Assembly (NCBI RefSeq): GCF_000018465.1
Contig: NC_010085.1
Span: forward strand, 750,001-782,000
DNA from: Nitrosopumilus maritimus SCM1
GTDB taxonomy: Archaea > Thermoproteota > Nitrososphaeria > Nitrososphaerales > Nitrosopumilaceae
Reading direction: 5' to 3'
Length of the DNA: 32,000 nucleotides
Of the stretch, positions 8,113 to 18,613 are shown one piece after another (the stretch's first letter is position 1; each line of letters opens with the position of its first letter). The notes beneath the pieces were generated by a model. That model saw only the letters and a program-made list of their open reading frames with translations. It was not told the origin of the DNA and made no database searches. A program made the translations under genes and the position numbers.

Positions 8113-9467
8113 TTTGGGATTTTCAAGTTATTTTTTATTAGCATTAATTCATCTACGGCATCCTTTTTCAAAGAACCAAAGAATTTTTCAATCATATCTA
8201 ATCCAGATACTATCTTTGGAGCATTTTTAGTCACAAATTCAGTTCTCTCAGAGTGGGTTTTAGGTCTATTTTCTTGATAGTTTTGGTAAACAGCAGCACC
8301 ATCATAATCAACATACGCAATTCTTGCACTAAAATCAGTTCTTTCAAGAACCAAGCTATCTCCACCTACTATTGCAGTATGATATGGATGGACAATTAAT
8401 GATTCAGATAATTTTTGTGAAGTTCTAATCTTTGCTTTTTGTAATTCAGGAGCGTATGCATTGAAATCTGCTAACAAATAGAATGTTGCTTCCGGTTTTG
8501 TTGCTTTAATTCCATCAATTGATGTTAATCTGTGATATGTGTATTCTCCCATTATCTTGTGAATATTTCTTGTAATTTCAAAATACTCATCCATCTCATG
8601 ACTGATTTCAAATCCCGGTACTGCAGCATGTTGAATTGGAGTAGATACAGCTGTATATTCAGTTGCAAGAATTTTTTTGAATTGTGTTCTAAGATCAGTT
8701 GCATGTTGTGGTAAGATGACATAACCTAGTCTATATCCGCCAGCAGCATGGGATTTTGATAAACCGTTTGTAACGAATGTTCCTTCAGGATAAATTTTTC
8801 CCATACTAACAAATTTTGAAAAATCATATGTAGTTTGAGCATAAATTTCATCTGAAATTACAGTTATGTTTAGTTCTCTACAAACATCTGCAATCTCTTC
8901 AAGTTCTAACCGATTGTAAAGCAATCCTGTAGGGTTGTGAGGATTATTTAATATCAGAATTTTCTGTCTGTCTTGTAATCTTAATGCTAATCTTCTAAGA
9001 TCATTTGGTGCAATTTTTTTATTTGCACGAGTTGGTAACATGTGATAGTTTTTCTTTAAGAATCTGATTTGTGGAAGATATCCCAACCATGCAGGAGTAG
9101 GTAGAATTACTGTTCCATGTAAAATTTCTAATAAATTAAAGATGAGTTCTTTGGTTCCAGGACCAACATAGATTCTGTCAGGAGATACATCCATTCCAAA
9201 GTAATGTTTGTTGTATTTTGAAATTGCATTGCGTAGTTCAGGAATACCAGGAACTGCAGCATATTCTCCCTTGTTTACATTTTTGATGAGTGCCTCTTGA
9301 ATTAATCTAGGCACAGGAAATGGTGATTGACCAAAGGCAAAGCCATAAAATCCAAAACCACACTCTGGATGAGTACAATCAGAGTGAAATTCTTGCAAAA
9401 ACGTGTTTAATTTGAGATTCTCAGGCATCTCAATATCTTCTACCTGCTGATCAACAACAAATTTCAA
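8109..9467 (-). CDS. PLP-dependent aminotransferase, class I/II
   Basis: YVGPGTKELIFNLLE, LNNPHNPTGLLYNRLELEEIADVC, VISDEIYAQTTYD and GLSKSHAAGGYRLGY (Schiff-base lysine). Confidence 0.88.
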   Translation of the reverse strand: MKFVVDQQVEDIEMPENLKLNTFLQEFHSDCTHPECGFGFYGFAFGQSPFPVPRLIQEALIKNVNKGEYAAVPGIPELRNAISKYNKHYFGMDVSPDRIYVGPGTKELIFNLLEILHGTVILPTPAWLGYLPQIRFLKKNYHMLPTRANKKIAPNDLRRLALRLQDRQKILILNNPHNPTGLLYNRLELEEIADVCRELNITVISDEIYAQTTYDFSKFVSMGKIYPEGTFVTNGLSKSHAAGGYRLGYVILPQHATDLRTQFKKILATEYTAVSTPIQHAAVPGFEISHEMDEYFEITRNIHKIMGEYTYHRLTSIDGIKATKPEATFYLLADFNAYAPELQKAKIRTSQKLSESLIVHPYHTAIVGGDSLVLERTDFSARIAYVDYDGAAVYQNYQENRPKTHSERTEFVTKNAPKIVSGLDMIEKFFGSLKKDAVDELMLIKNNLKIPN

Positions 9468-9536
9468 TGCTCAGTATCAGCCATTTTGATTATTACATAA
9501 AACGTGAATTAGAAAGTATCAAAAAGTTAGTAAATG

Positions 9537-11462
9537 TTAACCAATTTTTGGAACCTCATCTAGTATCTGAGGATTCTCTAGAGAAGACAAATCACCTAAC
9601 TCTTTTCCCAATAATTTTGATTTTAGTAATCGTCTCATAATTTTTCCCGTTCTAGTTTTTGGCAAATCAGTCAATTGATAAACAAACTTTGGTTTTGCAA
9701 CTTTGCCAATCTTTTGAGAAATAAAATCAGAAACTATACCTTCCAAATTAGAATCATCTTTACTATCTGCAACAAAGAAAATAACAATAGCCTCGCCAGT
9801 AATATCATCAGGAATTGCAATAGATGCTGCATCAGAAATTTTTTCATGTGAAATTACCATATGTTCAATTTCAGCAGTACTCATTCGGTGTCCAGAGACA
9901 TTAATCACATCATCAGTTCTTCCACGCATATACCAAAGACCATCTTGATCAACAAAGACATAATCCCCATGAAACCAAATGTCTTTGAATCTAGACCAAT
10001 AAGTTTCAATGAACCGCTCATTGTCATTTAGTAACCCCCGAGTCATTCCTGGCCAAGGTGATCTAATTATGAGATAGCCATTTTTGTTTTTGACTGAATT
10101 TCCATCATTATCAACTACATCAAGGTTCATTCCAGGAACTGGAATACCAACAGTTGAAGGTTTTAGTTTCATCCCTGGAAAAACAGACAACATTGCACCA
10201 CCAATTTCAGTTCCGCCAGACAAATTCATTATTGGAATTTTCTTGTTTCCAACTTTATCAAACAACCACCACCATGAATCCTCATCAAGTGGTTCACCCG
10301 TTGTTGGAATATTTTTGATTTTATCTAATGAGAAATTTTGTAATGGTTCTTCATTATTTTTCTTGAATAATCTTGTTGCAGTAGGAGAGATTCCAAATAT
10401 TGTTGCATTATACTCTGAAAGAATTTTCCATACTCTGTCAGATTTTGGAAAATCTAATGCTCCGTCATAAATCACGGAACTTGCTCCCATGATTAGCAAT
10501 CCATAGACATTCCAGACAAGACCAGTAATCCAACCAATATCTGCAGGCCAAAATAACACATCTTGTGCCTGTAAATCTATCAAATATGCTGCCTGATGTC
10601 CTGCAAATACGGAAAAACCACCATGAACATGTACCACACCCTTTGGTTTTCCAGTAGTACCCGAAGTATACAAGATGAATAAAGGATCCTCAGAATCCAT
10701 TATTTCAGTAGGGCAATCAGGGTTTTGAGATTCTATCAATTCATTATAAAATACAATATTTTCAGAGTTTTCATACTTGTCCACCCCTTTGTATTTTACT
10801 ACAATTGTTTTTTCAACATATGTGTCTTGAATTGCTTTTTGCACGGTTTCTTTTTGAGAGATTGGTTTTCCTTTTCTACAAAAACCGTCTGAAACAAAAA
10901 GAACTTTCGCATTACAATCTTGTAATCTAATATGCAGTGATTCAGTACTATATCCTGAAAAGATTACAGTTTGAACTGCGCCAATTTTAGCTGAAGCCAA
11001 TATTGCTAAAATTGCTTCTTGAATCATCGGAAGATAAATTGCCACAACATCTCCTTTTTTGACCCTAAGTGATTTGAGACCATTTGCAAGTTTTGATACT
11101 TTGTTGTCTAATTCTTGGTATGTGAGTTTGGATGTTGCCCCATCTTCTGAAACAAAGTGATATGCAGTTTTATCAGGAGTTAATTTTACAAATTTTTCAA
11201 CTGTAGATTTGTAGATGTTTGTTTTACCATTTACAAACCATTTAGAATGCGCAATTCCATTTGAGGAATCAAGTATTTGTGAATATGGAGAGTCCCAAAC
11301 TACTCCGATGTCTTTATCAACTTCTTGCCAAAACCATTCTAGTTCATCTTTTGATTTTTTTGATAGTTCAGATAGTGATGATAGTCCATGTTTTTGCATA
11401 AAACGAAAGATATTGGACTCTTCAACTTGGTTTTGTGTTGGAACAAACTCAAAATCAGACAA
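9537..11462 (-). CDS. acs: AMP-forming acetyl-CoA synthetase / short-chain acyl-CoA synthetase
   Basis: LYTSGTTGKPKGVVH, WPADIGWITG, YWSRFKDIWFHGDYV, LPKTRTGKIMRRLLK. Substrate not determinable from sequence alone. Confidence 0.88.
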   Translation of the reverse strand: MSDFEFVPTQNQVEESNIFRFMQKHGLSSLSELSKKSKDELEWFWQEVDKDIGVVWDSPYSQILDSSNGIAHSKWFVNGKTNIYKSTVEKFVKLTPDKTAYHFVSEDGATSKLTYQELDNKVSKLANGLKSLRVKKGDVVAIYLPMIQEAILAILASAKIGAVQTVIFSGYSTESLHIRLQDCNAKVLFVSDGFCRKGKPISQKETVQKAIQDTYVEKTIVVKYKGVDKYENSENIVFYNELIESQNPDCPTEIMDSEDPLFILYTSGTTGKPKGVVHVHGGFSVFAGHQAAYLIDLQAQDVLFWPADIGWITGLVWNVYGLLIMGASSVIYDGALDFPKSDRVWKILSEYNATIFGISPTATRLFKKNNEEPLQNFSLDKIKNIPTTGEPLDEDSWWWLFDKVGNKKIPIMNLSGGTEIGGAMLSVFPGMKLKPSTVGIPVPGMNLDVVDNDGNSVKNKNGYLIIRSPWPGMTRGLLNDNERFIETYWSRFKDIWFHGDYVFVDQDGLWYMRGRTDDVINVSGHRMSTAEIEHMVISHEKISDAASIAIPDDITGEAIVIFFVADSKDDSNLEGIVSDFISQKIGKVAKPKFVYQLTDLPKTRTGKIMRRLLKSKLLGKELGDLSSLENPQILDEVPKIG

Positions 11463-11505
11463 TATTCAATTTTTAAAATCAGATAGACTGTAAAAAGATT
11501 TTAGA

Positions 11506-11769
11506 TTAAGAAATATCAATTCCAAGACGTCTTGCACAGGCAATTGCTGCCTTTCCGTGATCTTCAGTAATTCCTGCTTTTTCAAATTCTTTGATTCGTT
11601 TTGTTCCAGAAAATGTTGTATTTTCATGATAGTATTCCCTCAAAATTACGCCTACCTGCTCGTCTAATCGCTTGCGAGTAGCATCATTCATGCCTGCCTG
11701 AAGCACAGTAGCATCAGATGTTGCTAAAATTTTGATAAATTCTATATCCTCAAGGGAGAGTTCAGACAT
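11506..11769 (-). CDS. hypothetical protein immediately downstream of gatB
   Basis: 87 aa ORF with a 3 nt gap to gatB, same strand. Confidence 0.75.
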   Translation of the reverse strand: MSELSLEDIEFIKILATSDATVLQAGMNDATRKRLDEQVGVILREYYHENTTFSGTKRIKEFEKAGITEDHGKAAIACARRLGIDIS

Positions 11770-11772
11770 TTC

Positions 11773-13176
11773 TTATTCAATCTGTTTTTTGAGTAAATCA
11801 AGGGTGAGTTTAGGATCTGCCTTGCCTTTTGTTTTTTGCATCACCTTTCCTACAAGATAGTTTATTGTTTGAGGGTTTGATTTTGCTTGTTCTACCGCTT
11901 GAGGTTCTTCTGAAATTACATCTTTGATAACTGTAAGTAATTCTGATTCATCAGATACATTTCCTAAATCAAGATCAGACATTACTTGTGATAATTCTTT
12001 ACCAGATTTTACAATCTCATGCAAGGCATTTTTAGCTGAATTTCTTGAAATCTTTCCTGTTTGAATTGCATCAGCCAAATCTCTCAAATGTGTAGCAGTA
12101 ATCTTTGATGCTTCACGTTTTTCTCTAGTATCTACCAATCCCATTAAATCAGTTGTAATGATATTTGCAATCTCTTTTGCATTTGATTCAGTGTGAGAAT
12201 CCTCAAACAAATCCGAATAGAATTTGTCTGATGATAAAACATCTGCTACTTGATTTGGAATATTATATTTTGAAACATATCTTTCTTTTTTGGAACTAAT
12301 ACTTTCAGGCATTTCAGATTTTAATTTCTCTTGTATTGCAGGATCAATTGTAACCCAAGGAATGTCACCTTCCAAGAAATAACGATAGTCCAATGCTTCT
12401 TCTTTGGAACGAGATGAAATTGTTATCTTTCTTTTATCATCCCAATGACGAGTCTCTTGTGCAATTTCTATCTCTCTAGAATGCAAACTCTCTTGTCTTG
12501 TAATTTCAAAATGAACTGCTTTTTCTAAATCATGAAATGAACCAATATTTTTTATCTCAACTTTCTTTCCACCTTCAATGGAAACGTTTGCGTCTGCCCT
12601 CATTGCACCTTCTAAACTAGGATCAGATACTCCGAGATTTTCTAACAAATCAGATAAAATATTGAGAAATTCTCTTACCTGTTTTGGGTTCTCAAAGTCT
12701 GGCTCTGTAACAATCTCAACTAGAGGCGTACCTGCACGATTGTAATCAACTAGAGTTATTTGGTTTTTAGAAGAGGTTCCCTCGTAAATGAGCCTACCCG
12801 GGTCCTCTTCGAGTTGGATTCTGGTAATTCTGATTTCCTTGTCTCCAACCATGATAGAGCCAGGGCCACCTACACTAGTATCTCCATAGATGTTAAGTTG
12901 TGTAATTTGGAAGTTTTTTGGCAAATCCGGATAAAAGTAATTTTTTCTAAAGAATGCAATTTTTTCAGGAGTAGAACAGTTTAGTGCCATCGCAATCATT
13001 GTTGCTTTTTTGACAGCATCTTGATTTAGTCGGGGTAAACTTCCAGGCAATCCCATACACACAGGACAAATGTTTTCATTGATTTCGAATTGACGATAGT
13101 TTGCTTTACATGAGCAGAACAATTTGCTTTCAAGATTTGTTAATTGACAGTGAATCTCCAAACCAATTTTGGTCAT
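11773..13176 (-). CDS. gatB: aspartyl/glutamyl-tRNA(Asn/Gln) amidotransferase subunit B
   Basis: IGLEIHCQL, CSCKANY, CPVCMGLPGSLPRLN, LPKNFQITQ, DVSIEGGKKVEIKNIGSF, DYRYFLEGDIP. Confidence 0.96.
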   Translation of the reverse strand: MTKIGLEIHCQLTNLESKLFCSCKANYRQFEINENICPVCMGLPGSLPRLNQDAVKKATMIAMALNCSTPEKIAFFRKNYFYPDLPKNFQITQLNIYGDTSVGGPGSIMVGDKEIRITRIQLEEDPGRLIYEGTSSKNQITLVDYNRAGTPLVEIVTEPDFENPKQVREFLNILSDLLENLGVSDPSLEGAMRADANVSIEGGKKVEIKNIGSFHDLEKAVHFEITRQESLHSREIEIAQETRHWDDKRKITISSRSKEEALDYRYFLEGDIPWVTIDPAIQEKLKSEMPESISSKKERYVSKYNIPNQVADVLSSDKFYSDLFEDSHTESNAKEIANIITTDLMGLVDTREKREASKITATHLRDLADAIQTGKISRNSAKNALHEIVKSGKELSQVMSDLDLGNVSDESELLTVIKDVISEEPQAVEQAKSNPQTINYLVGKVMQKTKGKADPKLTLDLLKKQIE

Positions 13177-14618
13177 ATTGGAACCTCCGGTAGTTTTACA
13201 GTTTGTTCTAATGCCTGTGCTGCTTGAAGTAGCATTTTATCATTCATAGAATCTGCCAGTAATTGAATTCCAATTGGCAATCCGTTTGAAACAGCAAATG
13301 GAACAGAGATTGCAGGCTTTCCTGTAAGATTTGCAGTAACAGTATTGATATCAACTAGGAATAATGCAACAGGATCATCAATTTTTTCTCCAAGTTTGAA
13401 TGGTAAGATTGGAACAGTTGGTGCAATTAGTAAATCATATTTTTTGAAAGCATCATTGATTTCCTTTGTGAGTTTATTTTTTACTTTGAGTGCTTTTAGG
13501 AAATACTTGCCAGCATGTCCTGCAGATGGAACAAATCCACCAATGATCATTCTTCTTGTAACTTCAGGTCCAAAGTTCTTTCTTGCCTTTTGAATGTATG
13601 AATTAAACTCGTATCCTTCAACTGAAAAATCATAACCATATCTCAAGTTGTCATATCTTGCTAAGTTACTTCCAGCTTCAGTTGCAGTAATAGTATAGTA
13701 TGCTGCAACAGAATATTTCACCATGTCAAGTGAGACTTCCTCACATATTGCACCTAATCCTTCAAGTTTTGATATAGCATCCTTTGTTGCAGATACCACT
13801 GCAGGATCTGTACCTTCAGCCATCATCTCTTTGATTATGCCTATTTTCTTGCCTTCAACGCCCGAATCTATGCCTGAAAGATAGTCCTCACTCTTGTTAT
13901 CAACTGTAGTGTTGTCATTAGGATCTAATCCCGTTATCATGTTTAGCAAAAATGCAGTATCTTTGACAGTTCTAGTAACAGGTCCAATCTGCTCAATGCT
14001 GTTTGCATAGGAGATGAGACCATATCTGCTAATCAGACCATATGTTGGTTTGTAACCTACTGCTGAACAAAAGCTAGCAGGGTTTCGGACAGAACCACCA
14101 GTATCAGAACCAAGGGATGCTACACATTCAAAGGCACTTACAGAAACAGCACTGCCACCTGATGAACCACCAGGAGTACAGTCAACATTCCAAGGATTTT
14201 TGCTTGGACCATATGCGCTAAATTCAGTTGTCAACCCCATTGCAAACTCATCCATGTTTGCTTTTCCAATAAAGATTGCATCTTGTTCTTTGAGTTTTGA
14301 TATTACTGTTGCATCATATGGTGCAACAAAATTCTCAAGCATCTTTGATGCACAAGTGGTTTTGCTATTTTTGATACACATGTTGTCTTTAATTGAAATT
14401 GGCATTCCAAAACATACACCTACTTTATCTCCAGATTTTATTTTCTTGTCAATCTCTCTTGCTTGGTTAATTGCATCATCATTTACAGATAAAAATGCGT
14501 GTAGTTTTTCATCTACACTGTGAATGTGTTCTAAAGTTGCAGCAGTAAAATCTTCAGCAGAGATATTTCCATTTTGTACTTCTTGTACATAGTCTAGAGC
14601 AGAAATTTTGAGATTCAT
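13173..14618 (-). CDS. gatA: aspartyl/glutamyl-tRNA(Asn/Gln) amidotransferase subunit A
   Basis: Amidase signature: GMPISIKDNMCIK, GGSSGGSAVSVSAFECVASLGSDTGGSVRNPASFC, GLISRYGLISYANSIEQIGPVTR. Confidence 0.97.
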   Translation of the reverse strand: MNLKISALDYVQEVQNGNISAEDFTAATLEHIHSVDEKLHAFLSVNDDAINQAREIDKKIKSGDKVGVCFGMPISIKDNMCIKNSKTTCASKMLENFVAPYDATVISKLKEQDAIFIGKANMDEFAMGLTTEFSAYGPSKNPWNVDCTPGGSSGGSAVSVSAFECVASLGSDTGGSVRNPASFCSAVGYKPTYGLISRYGLISYANSIEQIGPVTRTVKDTAFLLNMITGLDPNDNTTVDNKSEDYLSGIDSGVEGKKIGIIKEMMAEGTDPAVVSATKDAISKLEGLGAICEEVSLDMVKYSVAAYYTITATEAGSNLARYDNLRYGYDFSVEGYEFNSYIQKARKNFGPEVTRRMIIGGFVPSAGHAGKYFLKALKVKNKLTKEINDAFKKYDLLIAPTVPILPFKLGEKIDDPVALFLVDINTVTANLTGKPAISVPFAVSNGLPIGIQLLADSMNDKMLLQAAQALEQTVKLPEVPI

Positions 14619-14884
14619 TATGACATCTTTGGAGCTCGAACATAGGTTCCTTTGTAGTGATTTAGTTTTTCAATGAGTTTTTCATCAAATGGGATGTGTT
14701 TATCTTCACGTAAAGCAGTAATAGGAATTTCTTGCATAGAGATTTCTTCATCCTCAACTCCTGCAGAATCTAAAATGTCAAAATAATCGATCATAGCATG
14801 TACCTTGTCTACATACTCTTTATGATCATCTACCTCGATTTTCATTAATTTTGCTACTTTCTCAATCTCTTCTTCTGTAACCAT
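14618..14884 (-). CDS. gatC: aspartyl/glutamyl-tRNA(Asn/Gln) amidotransferase subunit C
   Basis: Small ORF (EIEKVAKLMKIEVDDHKEYVDKVHAMIDYFDIL...) directly upstream of gatA. Confidence 0.9.
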   Translation of the reverse strand: MVTEEEIEKVAKLMKIEVDDHKEYVDKVHAMIDYFDILDSAGVEDEEISMQEIPITALREDKHIPFDEKLIEKLNHYKGTYVRAPKMS

Positions 14885-14894
14885 TTTACCACAC

Positions 14895-16205
14895 CTATGG
14901 TGTTAGTCTATCAACATCTCTTGGATAAAATGTTACATCACGGATGTTTTCTGTGCCTGTCAAGGCCATAATTAGCCTCTCAAGACCAATACCACATCCG
15001 GCGTGAGGAGGAACTCCATAATCAAATGCACCAAGATGGTACTCAAATGCATCAGTGTTCATGCCTTTATTCTTCATTCTCTCAGCTAGTTCATTTCGTT
15101 TTTCAATTCTTGTACTACCAGAAGACAATTCCAAATCACCAAACATCAAATCAAAGGATTCAGAAATTTTTGGATTAGCTTTGCTGTCTTTTACATAGAA
15201 GGGTTTTGGTGCCAATGGCCAATCTTTGATAAAGTAAAATCCTTCAAGACCAATTTTTTTGAGGTTTGATGGATACAAGTCATCACCCCATTCTGTTTTT
15301 GCACCAGCCTTTTGCATTTTATCAACTAAATCATCATAAGAATATTGAGGGATGGTTTCAGGGATTTCTGGAATTGTAAACTCTGCATCAGGATTATCTT
15401 TTGCATAATCAGTTACTGTTTTAATTGAAATTTTGATAATTTCTTCAATCCTACTCATCACATCATTGTAATCAATAAATGCTTCTTCCAAATCAATAGA
15501 TATTGCTTCAGCAAGATGACGGTTAGTTCTTGATGGTTCTGCTCTAAAAATTGGAGCAATTTCAAAAACTTTTTCAAAACTCATTGTCAATTGTTCTTTG
15601 TACAATTGCGGGCTCTGAGCCAAGAATGCTTCTTTGTTATAGTAAAATATTGGAAATAATGCAGCGCCACCTTCAGTAGCTGTTGCAATCATCTTTGGAG
15701 TATTGATTTCAACAAAATTTTGATCATTAAAGTAACTGCGAATTGATTTTAGAACTAAACTTCTAGTGTTGAAGATATGTTGTAGTACCTTTCTTCTAAG
15801 GTCAATTGGTCTTACCTCTAGTCTTGTATCGATATTTTTGACAGTCTTGGCTATAGGCTCAAAGGGAGGAATTTTTTCAACTTCAGAAAATACTCGAAGT
15901 TCAGTTGGAACTATCTCATAACCACTAGGGGCTTTTTCAGAGGATTTTACATTTCCAGTAATTGCAATTGAAGAATGTGCTTTGAGGTAGGATATCTTTT
16001 CACGAATATCATCAGGACAATCGCCTTTCTTTGCAACAACAGAAACATCACCATTTTTGTCACGAATTGTAGCAAAACTGATGTTTCCATGTCCTCTAAC
16101 AGTTAGAACCCATCCCATTACAGTAACTTGGGTGCCATCCATTGAGGAATTGATTTCATCAGAATAATGAGATCTACGTAAAGTTCCTAGCTCAGTTTCT
16201 ATCAA
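14895..16205 (-). CDS. aspS: aspartyl-tRNA synthetase (archaeal type)
   Basis: OB-fold VTVMGWVLTVRGHGNISFATIRDKNG, class II motif 2 FEIAPIFRAEPSRTNRHLAEAISIDLEEAF, motif 3 GCGIGLERLIMALTG. The initiator may be an internal methionine. Confidence 0.95.
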   Translation of the reverse strand: MIETELGTLRRSHYSDEINSSMDGTQVTVMGWVLTVRGHGNISFATIRDKNGDVSVVAKKGDCPDDIREKISYLKAHSSIAITGNVKSSEKAPSGYEIVPTELRVFSEVEKIPPFEPIAKTVKNIDTRLEVRPIDLRRKVLQHIFNTRSLVLKSIRSYFNDQNFVEINTPKMIATATEGGAALFPIFYYNKEAFLAQSPQLYKEQLTMSFEKVFEIAPIFRAEPSRTNRHLAEAISIDLEEAFIDYNDVMSRIEEIIKISIKTVTDYAKDNPDAEFTIPEIPETIPQYSYDDLVDKMQKAGAKTEWGDDLYPSNLKKIGLEGFYFIKDWPLAPKPFYVKDSKANPKISESFDLMFGDLELSSGSTRIEKRNELAERMKNKGMNTDAFEYHLGAFDYGVPPHAGCGIGLERLIMALTGTENIRDVTFYPRDVDRLTP

Positions 16206-16315
16206 ATTACTCTACTGCATATTTCATGGTGTAATTAATTTTTATATTCAGAGATCAGCCAATTTCTCAATTTTCATAATGCTTATAGCCAGTACCGATT
16301 CCACTCCAAAACAAG

Positions 16316-16501
16316 ATGGATGTACTAATAGCAATCGTTATTGGATTTATCCTCGTAGTGGCAGGATATGTTGGATATTATGCATCTCAAGAAGAACCTA
16401 AAGCTGGTGGACACGACATACCACTGGAATTAGAAGTACTCGACACAGAAACCAAATCCATTCAGTCATTTAATCAAGCAATGACCAAATCAATATCTTG
16501 A
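16316..16501 (+). CDS. small single-TM membrane protein
   Basis: 61 aa. N-terminal TM helix LIAIVIGFILVVAGYVGYYA. Confidence 0.65.
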   Translation: MDVLIAIVIGFILVVAGYVGYYASQEEPKAGGHDIPLELEVLDTETKSIQSFNQAMTKSIS

Positions 16502-16550
16502 GATCAAGATAAAATTTACATTAATTTACCAGTAATTTTCACAATTTTTC

Positions 16551-16760
16551 ATGGTTCTTTCAAACAAAGAAAAACTTGTAGCAGTTATTGCAAATGGAGT
16601 ATCAGTATTTTCTTTGTTACAAGAAAGAGAAGAACTTCCAAAAAATACAACAGTGTATGATTTTGTTCTAAAGGTGATTCCAGAAGATCTCAAATCTGAA
16701 CTCAGTGTAGAGTTGATAGATGAGGTTTTCCAATACGTCACATCCGCACATAGTTCATAA
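16551..16760 (+). CDS. hypothetical protein
   Basis: 69 aa ORF upstream of purP on the same strand. Confidence 0.6.
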   Translation: MVLSNKEKLVAVIANGVSVFSLLQEREELPKNTTVYDFVLKVIPEDLKSELSVELIDEVFQYVTSAHSS

Positions 16761-16787
16761 AGTACAAAATTCTAGGATATTCATAAA

Positions 16788-17813
16788 ATGGCCTCGATTG
16801 CAACACTAGGTTCTCACTGTTCACTACAGGTTCTAAAAGGTGCAAAAGATGAAGGCTTGAAAACAATTCTAGTTTGTGAGAAAAAACGTGAAAAACTATA
16901 CCGAAGATTTCCATTTATTGATGAATTAATCATAGTAGACAAATTCAGAGAAGTTCTTGATGAAAAAGTCCAGTCAACTCTTGAACAAAATGATGCAGTG
17001 TTGATTCCTCATGGAACCTTAATTGCACAGATGAGTTCTGATGAGATTGAATCAATCAAGACCCCAATCTTTGGTAATAAATGGATTCTTAGATGGGAGT
17101 CAGATAGAGAGATGAAAGAAAAACTCATGAGAGAAGCAACTCTTCCAATGCCAAAACCAGTTACAAATCCTAGTGAGATTGAAAAATTATCAATTGTAAA
17201 AAGACAGGGTGCAGCCGGAGGTAAAGGTTACTTTATGGCAGCAAATGAGGATGATTACAATACAAAAAGAAATCAATTGATTTCAGAAGGAGTTATTTCT
17301 GAAGATGAAACATTGTACATTCAAGAATATGCTGCAGGTGTTTTAGCATACTTGACATTTTTCTATTCTCCACTAAAAGAAGAATTAGAATTCTATGGAG
17401 TTGATCAAAGACATGAATCAGATATTGAAGGATTGGGAAGAATTCCAGCTGAGCAGCAAATGAAATCAAACAAAGTTCCATCATTCAATGTCATTGGAAA
17501 CAGTCCACTAGTTTTGCGCGAATCATTGTTAGATGAAGTATACACAATGGGTGAGAATTTTGTTGAAGCATCAAAAAGAATTGTTGCACCTGGAATGAAC
17601 GGTCCATTTTGTATAGAAGGAGTATATGATGAGAATGCACAATTCACATCATTTGAATTTTCAGCAAGAATTGTTGCAGGCTCTAATATCTACATGGATG
17701 GCTCTCCATACTACAATTTACTATTCAATGAAACCATGAGTATGGGAAAAAGAATAGCCAGAGAAGTAAAGACAGCCGCAGAAACAAACCAGTTAGATAA
17801 AGTTACAACATAA
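16788..17813 (+). CDS. purP: 5-formaminoimidazole-4-carboxamide-1-beta-D-ribofuranosyl 5'-monophosphate synthetase
   Basis: MASIATLGSHCSLQVLKGAKDEG, GGKGYF, YFFY-like TFFYSPL, GVDQRHESDIEG, FEFSARIVAGSNIYMDGSPY are characteristic of PurP. Confidence 0.94.
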   Translation: MASIATLGSHCSLQVLKGAKDEGLKTILVCEKKREKLYRRFPFIDELIIVDKFREVLDEKVQSTLEQNDAVLIPHGTLIAQMSSDEIESIKTPIFGNKWILRWESDREMKEKLMREATLPMPKPVTNPSEIEKLSIVKRQGAAGGKGYFMAANEDDYNTKRNQLISEGVISEDETLYIQEYAAGVLAYLTFFYSPLKEELEFYGVDQRHESDIEGLGRIPAEQQMKSNKVPSFNVIGNSPLVLRESLLDEVYTMGENFVEASKRIVAPGMNGPFCIEGVYDENAQFTSFEFSARIVAGSNIYMDGSPYYNLLFNETMSMGKRIAREVKTAAETNQLDKVTT

Positions 17814-17815
17814 GA

Positions 17816-18613
17816 TCAATTACTTTTTGCAGTAACTTCCATTCCATGTTGAGATTTTATGATATACTTGTCTCTAATTTTGACACTAACCCAATCAATT
17901 ACTAATACTGCTGCCAAAACTACTAACATAAAGACAGCAGCTTTTCCGTATTCAAAGAACTTTATGTAATTGATAATGTAAAATCCGATTCCACCTGCAC
18001 CAACTAATCCAAGTATACTAGTTTGACGAACATTGTAATCAAACATGTAGAGCATCTGACTGAGCAAGTGAGAAGCAGATTCAGGAATTACAACATATCT
18101 AATCAATTGCCATTTTGAGACGCCAATAGAACTGACTGCATCCATAGGATCTGAATCAATTGTTTCAATTGCCTCATACTGTAACTTTGCAACAAATCCT
18201 ATTGTATACATGATAATTGCTAAAACTCCTGCAAATGGACCCAATCCAACCATAATTACAAACAAAATTGCCCAAAGAATTGATGGAAAGGTACGGATTG
18301 CTGCCAGCAATGCACGAATTGGGGCATAAACATACTTGCTGTTGAGATTTCTTGCAGCAAACATACTCAATGGTAATGCAATTGCAACCCCAACAATTGT
18401 TCCAATAAAGGCCATCTGAATGGTTTCAAACATTGCCCAAAGTGCAGTTGGAATGTACTTTGAGTCAACTTCAAGCATTTCTTCAGCTACAATTCCAAGA
18501 TTTGGTAATCCTTGAACAAAGTCAATAGGATTTGCATCTACATTGTAAGATGCTGCTACCAATAATGCAATGATAATTCCGATGATGATGTTATTTTTTG
18601 GCGTCATCAGCAT
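17816..18613 (-). CDS. phnE: PhnE-type ABC transporter permease (phosphonate family)
   Basis: Multi-TM protein with EAIETIDSDPMDAVSSIGVSKWQLIRYVVIPESASHLLSQMLYMFDYNVRQTSILGLVGAGGIGFYI (EAA loop and PhnE signature). Confidence 0.9.
   Translation of the reverse strand: MLMTPKNNIIIGIIIALLVAASYNVDANPIDFVQGLPNLGIVAEEMLEVDSKYIPTALWAMFETIQMAFIGTIVGVAIALPLSMFAARNLNSKYVYAPIRALLAAIRTFPSILWAILFVIMVGLGPFAGVLAIIMYTIGFVAKLQYEAIETIDSDPMDAVSSIGVSKWQLIRYVVIPESASHLLSQMLYMFDYNVRQTSILGLVGAGGIGFYIINYIKFFEYGKAAVFMLVVLAAVLVIDWVSVKIRDKYIIKSQHGMEVTAKSN

Noticed and set aside
10084-11493. + strand ORFs 10084..10470 and 11215..11493
   Set aside because: Antisense shadow frames inside the well-supported acyl-CoA synthetase gene. 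The same reasoning applies to the antisense ORFs in gatA, gatB, purP, ilvD, cbtA and aRF1.
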